From Euglena gracilis (Eukaryota): DNA of 64,000 nt. Shown piece by piece: positions 12,952 to 24,900 of this stretch. Each line of letters starts with the position of its first letter. Position 1 is the stretch's first letter. A program made the translations under genes and the position numbers. Below the pieces are notes generated by a model. That model was not told the DNA's origin and ran no database searches. It worked only from the letters and a program-made list of their open reading frames with translations. Location: contig CP154954.1 of the NCBI GenBank assembly GCA_039621445.1, forward strand, positions 34,011,737 to 34,075,736, in the 5' to 3' direction.

Positions 12952-15900
12952 CCGGGCGGTAACGGCTGCGTTTTACGCACGCCCGCCGCGGGCAAAATTG
13001 CGCCTATCCGCCCGCCGCCCTTCGCAACAATTAGGTGAAGGATCGCAAGACCTGTAGCCCGGGCAGACCGCTCGTTTTTGGAGCGCCGGCGCAGCCGATC
13101 TCGGCCGAAAACGGCTGAAAAATGACGTTTTTCGGGGTGTTCGTGGTTTACGTGCTATTTTGCGCCTCTCGGGCGGTAACGCCTCTGTTTTACGCAACCC
13201 CGCCGCGGGCAAAATTGCGCCTATCCGCCCTCCGCCCTTCGCAACAATTAGGTAAAGGATCGCCGACCTCTAGCCGGGGCAGAACGCTCGTTTTTGTAGC
13301 GCCGGCGCAGCCGATTTCGGCCGAAAACGGCCGATAAATGACGTTTTTGGGGGTGTTCGTGGTTTACGTGCTATTTTGCGCCTCCCGGGCGGTAACGGCT
13401 GCGTTTTACGCAGGCCCACCGCGGGCAAAATTGCGCCTATCCGCCCGCCGCCCTTCGCAACAATTAGGTAAAGGATCGCAAGACCTGTAGCCGGGACAGA
13501 CCGCTCTTTTTTGGAGCGCCGGCGCAACCGATTTCGGCCGAAAACGGCTGAAAAATGACGTTTTTCGGGTGTTCGTGGTTTACGTGCTATTTTGCGCCTC
13601 TCGGGCGGTAACGGCTCTGTTTTACGCAACCCCGCCGCGGGCAAAATTGCGCCTATCCGCCCTCCGCCCTTCGCAACAATTAGGTAAAGGATCGCCGACC
13701 TCTAGCCGGGGCAGAACGCTCGTTTTTGGAGCGCCGGCGCAGCCGATTTCGGCCGAAAACGGCCGAAAAATGACGTTTTTCGGGGTGTTCGTGGTTTACG
13801 TGCTATTTTGCGCCTCCCGGGCGGTAACGGCTGCGTTTTACGCACGCCCGCCGCGGGCAAAATTGCGCCTATCCGCCCGCCGCCCTTCGCAACAATTAGG
13901 TAAAGGATCGCCGACCTCTAGCCGGGGCAGAGCGCTCGTTTTTGGAGCGCCGGCGCAGCCGATTTCGGCCGAAAACGGCTGAAAAATGACGTTTTTCGGG
14001 GTGTTCGTGGTTTACGTGCTATTTTGCGCCTCCCGGGCGGTAACGGCTGCGTTTTACGCACCCCCGCCGCGGGCAAAATTGCGCCTATCCGCCCGCCGCC
14101 CTTCGCAACAATTAGGTAAAGGATCGCCGACCTCTAGCCGGGGCAGAGCGCTCGTTTTTGGAGCGCCGGCGCAGCCGATTTCGGCCGAAAACGGCCGAAA
14201 AATGACGTTTTTGGGGGTGTTCGTGGTTTACGTGCTATTTTGCGCCTCCCGGGCGGTAACGGCTGCGTTTTACGCACGCCCGCCGCGGGCAAAATTGCGC
14301 CTATCCGCCCGCCGCCCTTCGCAACAATTAGGTAAAGGATCGCCGACCTCTAGCCGGGGCAGAGCGCTCGTTTTTGGAGCGCCGGCGCAGCCGATTTCGG
14401 CCGAAAACGGCTGAAAAATGACGTTTTTCGGGGTGTTCGTGGTTTACGTGCTATTTTGCGCCTCCCGGGCGGTAACGGCTGCATTTTACGCACGCCCGCG
14501 CGGGCAAAATTGCGCCTATCCGCCCGCCGCCCTTCGCAACAATTAGGTAAAGGATCGCCGACCTCTAGCCGGGGCAGAGCGCTCGTTTTTGGAGCGCCGG
14601 CGCAGCCGATTTCGGCCGAAAACGGCCGAAAAATGACGTTTTTCGGGGCGTTCGTGGTTTACGTGCTATTTTGCGCCTCCCGGGCGGTAACGGCTGCGTT
14701 TTACGCACGCCCGCCGCGGGCAAAATTGCGCCTATCCGCCCGCCGCCCTTCGCAACAATTAGGTAAAGGATCGCCGACCTCTAGCCGGGGCAGAGCGCTC
14801 GTTTTTGGAGGGCCGGCGCAGCCGATTTCGGCCGAAAACGAGCAAAAATGACGTTTTTCGGGGTGTTCGTGGTTTACGTGCTATTTTGCGCCTCCCGGGC
14901 GGTAACGGCTGCGTTTTACGCACGCCCGCCGCGGGCAAAATTGCGCCTATCCGCCCGCCGCCCTTCGCAACAATTAGGTAAAGGATCGCCGACCTGTAGC
15001 CGGGGCAGACCGCTCGTTTTTGGAGCGCCGGCGCAGCCGATTTCGGCCGAAAACGGCCGAAAAATGACGTTTTTCGGGGTGTTCGTGGTTTACGTGCTAT
15101 TTTGCGCCTCCCGGGCGGTAACGGCTGCGTTTTACGCACGCCCGCCGCGGGCAAAATTGCGCCTATCCGCCCGCCGCCCTTCGCAACAATTAGGTAAAGG
15201 ATCGCCGACCTCTAGCCGGGGCAGCACTCGATTTTGGAGCGCCGGCGCAGCCGATTTCGGCCGAAAACGGCCGAAAAAAGACGTTTTTCGGGGTGTTCGT
15301 GGTTTACGTGCTATTTTGCGCCTCCCGGGCGGTAACGGCTGCGTTTTACGCACGCCCGCCGCGGGCAAAATTGCGCCTATCCGCCCGCCGCCCTTCGCAA
15401 CAATTAGGTAAAGGATCGCCGACCTCTAGCCGGGGCAGAGCGCTCGTTTTTGGAACGCCGGCGCAGCCGATTTCGGCCGAAAACGGCTGAAAAATGACGT
15501 TTTTTGGGGTGTTCGTGGTTTACGTGCTACTTTGCGCCTCCCGGGCGGTAACGGCTGCGTTTTACGCACGCCCGCCGCGGGCAAAATTGCGCCTATCCGC
15601 CCGCCGCCCTTCGCAACAATTAGGTAAAGGATCGCCGACCTCTAGCCGGGGCAGAGCGCTCGTTTTTGGAGCGCCGGCGCAGCCGATTTCGGCCGAAAAC
15701 GGCCGAAAAATGACGTTTTTCGGGGTGTTCGTGGTTTACGTGCTATTTTGCGCCTCCCGGGCGGTAACGGCTGCGTTTTACGCACGCCCGCCGCGGGCAA
15801 AATTGCGCCTATCCGCCCGCCGCCCTTCGCAACAATTAGGTAAAGGATCGCAAGACCTGTAGCCGGGGCAGAGCGCTGGTTTTTGGAGCGCCGGCGCAGC

Positions 15901-18900
15901 CGATTTCGGCCGAAAACGGCCGAAAAATGACGTTTTTCGGGGTGTTCGTGGTTTACGTGCTATTTTGCGCCTCCCGGGCGGTAACGGCTGCGTTTTACGC
16001 ACGCCCGCCGCGGGCAAAATTGTGCCTATCCATCCGCCGCCCTTCGCAACAATTAGGTAAAGGATCGCCGACCTCTAGCCGGGGCAGAGCGCTCGTTTTT
16101 GGAGCGCCGGCGCAGCCGATTTCGGCCGAAAACGGCCGAAAAATGACGTTTTTTCGGGGTGTTCGTGGTTTACGTGCTATTTTGCGCCTCCCGGGCGGTA
16201 ACGGCTGCGTTTTACGCACGCCCGCCGCGGGCAAAATTGCGCCTATCCGCCCGCCGCCCTTCGCAACAATTAGGTAAAGGATCGCAAGACCTGTAGCCGG
16301 GGCAGACCGCTCGTTTTTGGAGCGCCGGCGCAGCCGATTTCGCCGAAAACGGCCGAAAAATGACGTTTTTCGGGGTCTTCGTGGTTTACGTGCTATTTTG
16401 CGCCTCCCGGGCGGTAACGGCTGCGTTTTACGCACGCCCGCCGTGGGCAAAATTGCGCCTATCCGCCCGCCGCCCTTCGCAACAATTAGGTAAAGGATCG
16501 CCGACCTCTAGCCGGGGCAGAGCGCTCGTTTTTGGAGCACCGGCGCAGCCGATTTCGGCCGAAAACGGCCGAAAAATGACGTTTTTCGGGGTGTTCATGG
16601 TTTACGTGCTATTTTGCGCCTCCCGGGCGGTAACGGCTGCGTTTTACGCACGCCCGCCGCGGGCAAAATTGCGCCTATCCGCCCGCCGCCCTTCGCAACA
16701 ATTAGGTAAAGGATCGCCGACCTCTAGCCGGGGCAGAGCGCTCGTTTTTGGAGCGCCGGCGCAGCCGATTTCGGCCGAAAACGGCTGAAAAATGACGTTT
16801 TTCGGGGTGTTCATGGTTTACGTGCTATTTTGCGCCTCCCGGGCGGTAACGGCTTGATTTTACTCGACCCCACCGCTGTCCAAATTGCGACTATCCGCCC
16901 GCCGCCCTTCGCAACAATTAGGTAAAGGATCGCCGACCTCTAGCCGGGGCAGAGCGCTCGTTTTTGGAGCGCCGGCGCAGCCGATTTCGGCCGAAAACGG
17001 CCGAAAAATGACGTTTTTCAGGGTGTTCGTGGTTTACGTGCTATTTTGCGCCTCCCGGGCGGTAACGGCTGCATTTTACGCACGCCCGCCGCGGGCAAAA
17101 TTGCGCCTATCCGCCCGCCGCCCTTCGCAACAATTAGGTAAAGGATCGCCGACCTCTAGCCGGGGCAGAGCGCTCGTTTTTGGAGCGCCGGCGCAGCCGA
17201 TTTCGGCCGAAAACGGCCGAAAAATGACGTTTTTCGGGGTGTTCGTGGTTTACGTGCTATTTTGCGCCTCCCGGGCGGTAACGGCTGCGTTTTACGCACG
17301 CCCACCGCGGGCAAAATTGCGCCTATCAGGCCCGCCGCCCTTCGCAACAATTAGGTAAAGGATCGCAAGACCTGTAGCCGGGGCAGACCGCTCGTTTTTG
17401 GAGCGCCGGCGCAGCCGATTTCGCCCGAAAACGGCCGAAAAATGACGTTTTTCGGGGTGTTTGTGGTTTCCGTGCTATTTTGCGCCTCCCGGGCGGTAAC
17501 GACTGCATTTTATGCACGCCCGCCGCGGGCAAAATTGCGCCTATCCGCCCGCCGCCCTTCGCAACAATTAGGTAAAGGATCGCCGACCTCTAGCTGGGGC
17601 AGAGCGCTCGTTTTTGGAGCGCCGGCGCAGCCGATTTCGGCCAAAAACGGCTGAAAAATGACGTTTTTCGGGTGTTCGTGGTTGACGTGCTATTTTGCGC
17701 CTCTCGGGCGGTAACGGCTCCGTTTTACGCAGGCCCACCGCGGGCAAAATTGCGCCTATCCGCCCGCCGCCCTTCGCAACAATTAGGTAAAGGATCGCAA
17801 GACCTGTAGCCGGGGCAGGCCGCTCGTTTTTGGAGCGCCGGCGCAACCGATTTCGGCCGAAAACGGCCGAAAAATGACGTTTTTCGGGGTGTTCGTGGTT
17901 TGGGTGCTATTTTGCGCCTCCCGGGCGGTAACGGCTGCGTTTTACGCACCGGCGCCCTTCGCAACAATTAGCTAAAGCATCGCCGACCTCTAGCCGAGGC
18001 AGAGCGCTCGTTTTTGGAGCGCCGGCGCAGCCGATTTCGGCCGAAAACGGGCTAAAAATGACGTTTTTCGGGGTGTTCGTGGTTTACGTGCTATTTTGCG
18101 CCTCCCGGGCGGTAACGGCTGCGTTTTACGCACGCCCACCGCGGGCAAAATTGCGCCTATCCGCCCGCCGCCCTTCGCAACAATTAGGTAAAGGATCGCA
18201 AGACCTGTAGCCGGGGCAGGCCGCTCGTTTTTGTAGCGCCGGCGCAGCCGATTTCGGCCGAAAACGAAAAAATGACGTTTTTCGGGGTGTTCGTGGTTTG
18301 GGTGCTATTTTGCGCCTCCCGGGCGGTAACGGCTGCGTTTTACGCACGCCCGCCGCGGGCAAAATTGCGCCTATCCATCCGCCGCCCTTCGCAACAATTA
18401 CGCCCGCCGCGGGCAAAATTGCGCCTATCCGCCCGCCGCCCTTCACAACAATTAGGTAAAGGATCGCCGACCTCTAGCCGGGGCAGAGCGCTCGTTTTTG
18501 GAGCGCCGGCGCAGCCGATTTCGGCCGAAAACGGCCGAAAAATGACGTTTTTCGGGGTGTTCGTGGTTTACGTGCTATTTTGCGCCTCCCGGGCGGTAAC
18601 GGCTGCATTTTACGCAAGCCCACCGCGGGCAAAATTGCGCCTATCCGCCCGCCGCCCTTCGCAACAATTAGGTAAAGGATCGCAAGACCTGTAGCCGGGG
18701 CAGACCGCTCGTTTTTGGAGCGCCGGCGCAGCCGATTTCGGCCGAAAACGGCTGAAAAATGAAGTTTTTCGGGGTGTTCGTGGTTTACGTGCTATTTTGC
18801 GCCTCCCGGGCGGTAACGGCTGCGTTTTATGCAACCCCGCCGCAGGCAAAATTGCGCCTATCCGCCCGCCGCCCTTCGCAACAATTAGGTAAAGGATCCA

Positions 18901-21900
18901 CAACCTCTACCCGGGGCAGAGCGCTCGTTTTTGGAGCGCCGGCGCAGCCGATTTCGGCCGAAAACGGCTGAAAAATGACGTTTTTCGGGGTGTTCGTGGT
19001 TTACGTGCTATTTTGCGCCTCCCGGGCGGTAACGGCTGCGTTTTACGCAACCCCGCCGCGGGCAAAATTGCGCCTATCCGCCCGCCGCCCTTCACAACAA
19101 TTAGATAAAGGATCGCCGACCTCTAGCCGGGGCAGACCGCTCGTTTTTGGAGCGCCGGCGCAGCAGATTTCGGCCAAAAACGGCCGAAAAATGAAGTTTT
19201 TCGGGGTGTTCGTGGTTTGCGTGTTATTTTGCGCCTCCCAGGCGGTAACGGCTGCGTTTTACGCACGCCCGCCGCGGGCAAAATTGCGCCTATCCATCCG
19301 CCGCCCTTCGCAACAATTAGGTAAAGGATCGCAAGACCTGTAGCCGTGGCAGAGCGCTCGTTTTTGGAGCGCCGGCGCAGCCGATTTCGGCCGAAAACGG
19401 CCGAAAAATGACGTTTTTCGGGGTGTTCGTGGTTTACGTGCTATTTTGCGCCTCCCGGGCGGTAACGGCTCTGTTTTACGCAACCCCGCCGCGGGCAAAA
19501 TTGCGCCTATCCGCCCGCCGCCCTTCGCAACAATTAGGTAAAGATTCGCCGCCCTCTGGCCGGGGCAGAGCGCTCGTTTTTGGAGCGCCGGCGCAGCCGA
19601 TTTCGGCCGAAAAACGGGCTAAAAATGACGTTTTTCGGGGTGTTCGTGGTTTACGTGCTATTTTGCGCCTCCCGGGCGGTAACGGCTGCGTTTTACGCAC
19701 GCCCGCCGCGGGCAAAATTGCGCCTATCCGCCCACCGCCGTTCGCAACAAGCAGGTAAAAAGATCCCCGACCTCTAGCCGGGGCAGAGCGCTCGTTTTTT
19801 GAGCGCCGACGCAACCGATTTCGGCCGAAAACGGCCGAAAAAATGACGTTTTTCAGGGTGTTCGTGGTTTACGTGCTATTTTGCGCCTTTCGGGCGGTAA
19901 CGGCTGCGTTTTACGCACGCCCGCCGCGGGCAAAATTGCGCCTATCCGCCCGCCGCCCTTCGCAACAATTAGGTAAATGATCGCAAGACCTGTAGCCGGG
20001 GCAGACCGCTCGTTTTTGGAGCGCCGGCGCAACAGATCTCGGCCGAAAACGGCTGAAAAATGACGTTTTTCGGGGTGTTCGTGGTTTACGTGCTATTTTG
20101 CGCCTCTCGGGCGGTAACGCCTCTGTTTTACGCAACCCCGCCGCGGGCAAAATTGCGCCTATCCGCCCGCCGCCCTTCGCAACAATTAGGTAAAGGATCT
20201 CCGACCTATAGCCGGGGCAGAGCGCTCGTTTTGGGAGCGCCGGCGCAGCCGATTTCGGCCGAAATAGGCCGAAAAATGAAGTTTTTTGGGGTGTTCGTGG
20301 TTTGCGTGCTTTTTTGCGCCTCCCGGGCGGTAACGGCTGCGTTTTACGCACGCCCGCCGCGGGCAAAATTGCGCCTATCCATCCGCCGCCCTTCGCAACA
20401 ATTAGGTAAAGGATCGCAAGACCTGTAGCCGGGGCAGACCGCTCGTTTTTGCAGCGCCGGCGCAGCCGATTTCGGCCGAAAACGGCCGAAAAAGGACGTT
20501 TTTCGGGGTGTTCATGGTTTACGCGCTATTTTGCGCCTCCCGGGCGGTAACGGCTGCGTTTTACGCACGCCCGCCGCGGGCAAAATTGCGCCTATCCGCC
20601 CGCCGCCCTTCGCAACAATTAGGTAAAGGATCGCCGACCTCTAGCCGGGGCAGAGCGCTCGTTTTTGGAGCGCCGGCGCAGCCGATTTCGGCCGAAAACG
20701 GCCGAAAATGACGTTTTTCGGGGTGTTCGTGGTTTGAGTGCTATTTTGCGCCTCCCGGGCGGCAACGGCTCTGTTTTACGCAACCCCGCCGCGGGCAAAA
20801 TTGCGCCTATCCGCCCGCCGCCCTTCGCAACAATTAGGTAAAGGATCGCCGACCTCTAGCCGGGGCATACCGCTCGTTTTTGGAGCGCCGGCGCAGCCGA
20901 TTTCGGCCGAAAACGGCTGAAAAATGACGTTTTTCGGGGTGTTCGTGGTTTACGTGCTATTTTGCGCCTCCCGGGCGGTAACGGCTGCGTTTTACGCACG
21001 CCCGCCGTGGGCAAAATTGCGCCTATCCGCCCGCCGCTCTTCGCAACAATTAGGTCAAGGATCGCCGACCTCTAGCCGGGGCAGAGCGCTCGTTTTTGGA
21101 GCGCCGGCGCAGCCGATTTCGGCCGAAAAATGACGTTTTTCGGGGTGTTCATGGTTTACGTGCTATTTTGCGCCTCCCGGGCGGTAACGGCTGCGTTTTA
21201 CGCACGCCCGCCGCGGGCAAAATTGCGCCTATCCGCCCGCCGCCCTTCGCAACAATTAGGTAAAGGATCGCCGACCTCTAGCCGGGGCAGAGCGCTCGTT
21301 TTTTGGAGCGCCGGCGCAGCCGATTTCGGCCGAAAACGGCCGAAAAATGACGTTTTTCGGGGTGTTCGTGGTTTGCGTGCTATTTTGCGCCCCTCGGGCA
21401 GTAACGCCTCTGTTTTACGCAACCCCGCCGCGGGCAAAATTACGCCTATCCGCCCAACGCCCTTCGCAACAATTAGGTAAAGGATCGCCGACCTCTAGCC
21501 GGGGCAGAGCGCTCGTTTTTTGGAGCGCCGGCGCAGCCGATTTCGGCCGAAAACGGCCGAAAAATGACGTTTTTCGGGGTGTTCGTGGTTTGCGTGCTAT
21601 TTTGCGCCTCCCGGGCAGTAACGGCTGCGTTTTACGCACGCCCGCCGCGGGCAAAATTGCGCCTATCCACCCGCCGCCCTTCGCAACAATTAGGTAAAGG
21701 ATCGCCGACCTCTAGCCGGGGCAGAGCGCTCGTTTTTGGAGCGCCGGCGCAGCCGATTTCGGCCGAAAACTGCCGAAAAAAGACGTTTTTCGGGGTGTTC
21801 GTGGTTTACGTGCTACTTTGCGCCTCCCGGGCGGTAACGGCTGCGTTTTACGCACGCCCGCCGCGGGCAAAAATTGCGCCTATCCGCCCGCCGCCCTTCA

Positions 21901-24900
21901 CAACAAGCAGGTAAAAGGATCGCCGACCTCTAGCCAGGGCAGAGCGCTCGTTTTTGGAGCGCCGGCGCAGCCGATTTCGGCCGAAAACGGCCGAAAAATG
22001 ACGTTTTTCGGGGTGTTCGTGGTTTGAGTGCTATTTTGCGCCTCCCGGGCGGCAACGGCTCTGTTTTACGCAACCCCGCCGCGGGCAAAATTGCGCCACA
22101 TCCGCCCGCCGCCCTTCACAACAATTAGGTAAAGGATCGCCGACCTCTAGCCGGGGCAGACCGCTCGTTTTTGGAGCGCCGGCGCAGCCGATTTCGGCCG
22201 AAAACGGCTGAAAAATGACGTTTTTCGGGTGTTCGTGGTTTACGTGCTATTTTGCGCCTCCCGGGCGGTAACGGCTGCGTTTTACGCACGCCCGCCGTGG
22301 GCAAAATTGCGCCTATCCGCCCGCCGCTCTTCGCAACAATTAGGTCAAGGATCGCCGACCTCTAGCCGGGGCAGAGCGCTCGTTTTTGGAGCGCCGGCGC
22401 AGCCGATTTCGGCCGAAAAATGACGTTTTTCGGGGTGTTCATGGTTTACGTGCTATTTTGCGCCTCCCGGGCGGTAACGGCTGCGTTTTACGCACGCCCG
22501 CCGCGGGCAAAATTGCGCCTATCCGCCCGCCGCCCTTCGCAACAATTAGGTAAAGGATCGCCGACCTCTAGCCGGGGCAGAGCGCTCGTTTTTTGGAGCG
22601 CCGGCGCAGCCGATTTCGGCCGAAAACGGCCGAAAAATGACGTTTTTCGGGGTGTTCGTGGTTTGCGTGCTATTTTGCGCCCCTCGGGCAGTAACGCCTC
22701 TGTTTTACGCAACCCCGCCGCGGGCAAAATTACGCCTATCCGCCCAACGCCCTTCGCAACAATTAGGTAAAGGATCGCCGACCTCTAGCCGGGGCAGAGC
22801 GCTCGTTTTTTGGAGCGCCGGCGCAGCCGATTTCGGCCGAAAACGGCCGAAAAATGACGTTTTTCGGGGTGTTCGTGGTTTGCGTGCTATTTTGCGCCTC
22901 CCGGGCAGTAACGGCTGCGTTTTACGCACGCCCGCCGCGGGCAAAATTGCGCCTATCCGTCCGCCGCCCTTCGCAACAATTAGGTAAAGGATCCACAACC
23001 TCTAGCCGGGGCAGAGCGCTCGTTTTTGGAGCGCCGGCGCAACCGATTTCGGCCGAAAACGGCCGAAAAATGACGTTTTTCGGGGTTTTCGTGGTTTACA
23101 TGCTATTTTGCGCCTCTCGGGCGGTAACGCCTCTGTTTTACGCAACCCCGCCGCGGGCAAAATTGCGCCTATCCGCCCGCCGCCCTTAGCAACAGTTAGG
23201 TAAAGGATCGCCGACCTCTAGCCGGGGCAGAGCGCTCGTTTTTGGAGCGCCGGCGCAGCCGATTTCGGCCGAAAACTGCCGAAAAAAGACGTTTTTCGGG
23301 GTGTTTGTGGTTTACGCGCTATTTTGCGCCTCCCGGGCGGTAACGGCTGTGTTTTACACACGCCCGCCGCGGGCAAAATTGCGCCTATCCACCCGCCGCC
23401 CTTCGCAACAATTAGGTAAAGGATCCACAACCTCTAGCCGGGGCAGAGCGCTCGTTTTTGGAGCGCCGGCGCAACCGATTTCGGCCGAAAACGGCCGAAA
23501 AATGACGTTTTTCGGGGTGTTCGTGGTTTACATGCTATTTTGCGCCTCTCGGGCGGTAACGCCTCTGTTTTACGCAACCCCGCCGCGGGCAAAATTGCGC
23601 CTATCCGCCCGCCGCCCTTAGCAACAGTTAGGTAAAGGATCGCCGACCTCTAGCCGGGGCAGAGCGCTCGTTTTTGGAGCGCCGGCGCAGCCGATTTCGG
23701 CCGAAAACGGCCGAAAAAAGACGTTTTTCGGAGTGTTCGTGGTTTGCGTGCTATTTTGCGCCTCTCGGGCGGTAACGGCTGCGTTTTACGCAACCCCGCC
23801 GCGGGCAAAATTGCGCCTATCCGCCCGCCGCCCTTCGCAACAATTAGGTAAAGGATCCACAACCTCTATCCGGGGCAGAGCGCTCGTTTTTGGAGCGCCG
23901 GCGCAACAGATTTCGGCCGAAAACGGCCGAAAAATGACGTTTTTCGGGGTGTTCGTGGTTTACGTGCTATTTTGCGCCTCCCGGGCGGTAACGGCTGCGT
24001 TTTACGCACGCCCGCCGCGGGCAAAATTGTGCCTATCCGCCCGCCGCCCTTCTCCACATCTAGGTAAAGGATCGCCGACCTCTAGCCGGGGCAGAGCGCT
24101 CGTTTTTGTAGCTCCGGCACAGCCGATTTCGGCCGAAAACGGCCGAAAAATGACGTTTTTCGGGGTGTTCGTGGTTTGCGTGCTATTTTGCGCCTCCCGG
24201 GCGGCAACGGCTGCGTTTTACGCACGCCCGCCGCGGGCAAAATTGCGCCTATCCATCCGCCGCCCTTTGCAACAATTAGGTAAAGGATCGCAAGACCTGT
24301 AGCCGGGGCAGACCGCTCGTTTTTGGAGCGCCGGCGCAACAGATCTCGGCCGAAAACGGCTGAAAAATGACGTTTTTCGGGGTGTTCGTGGTTTACGCGC
24401 TATTTTGCGCCTCCCGGGCGGTAACGGCTGCGTTTTACAAACGCCCGCCGCGGGCAAAATTGCGCCTATCCGTCCGCCGCCCTTCGCAACAATTAGGTAA
24501 AGGATCGCCGACCTCTAGCCGGGGCAGAGCGCTCGTTTTTGGAGCGCCGGCGCAGCCGATTTCGGCCGAAAACGGCCGAAAAAAGACGTTTTTCGGGGTG
24601 TTCGTGGTTTGCGTGCTATTTTGCGCCTCTCGGGCGGTAACGGCTCTGTTTTACGCAACCCCGCCGCGGGGAAAATTGCGCCTATCCATCCGCCGCCCTT
24701 CGCAACAATTAGGTAAAGGATCGCAAGACCTGTAGCCGGGGCAGACCGCTCTTTTTTGGAGCGCCGGCGCAACCGATTTCGGCCGAAAACGGCTGAAAAA
24801 TGACGTTTTTCGGGGTGTTCGTGGTTTACGTGCTATTTTGCGCCTCCCGGGCGGTAACGGCTGCGCTTTACGTACGCCCGCCGCGGGCAAAATTGCGCCT

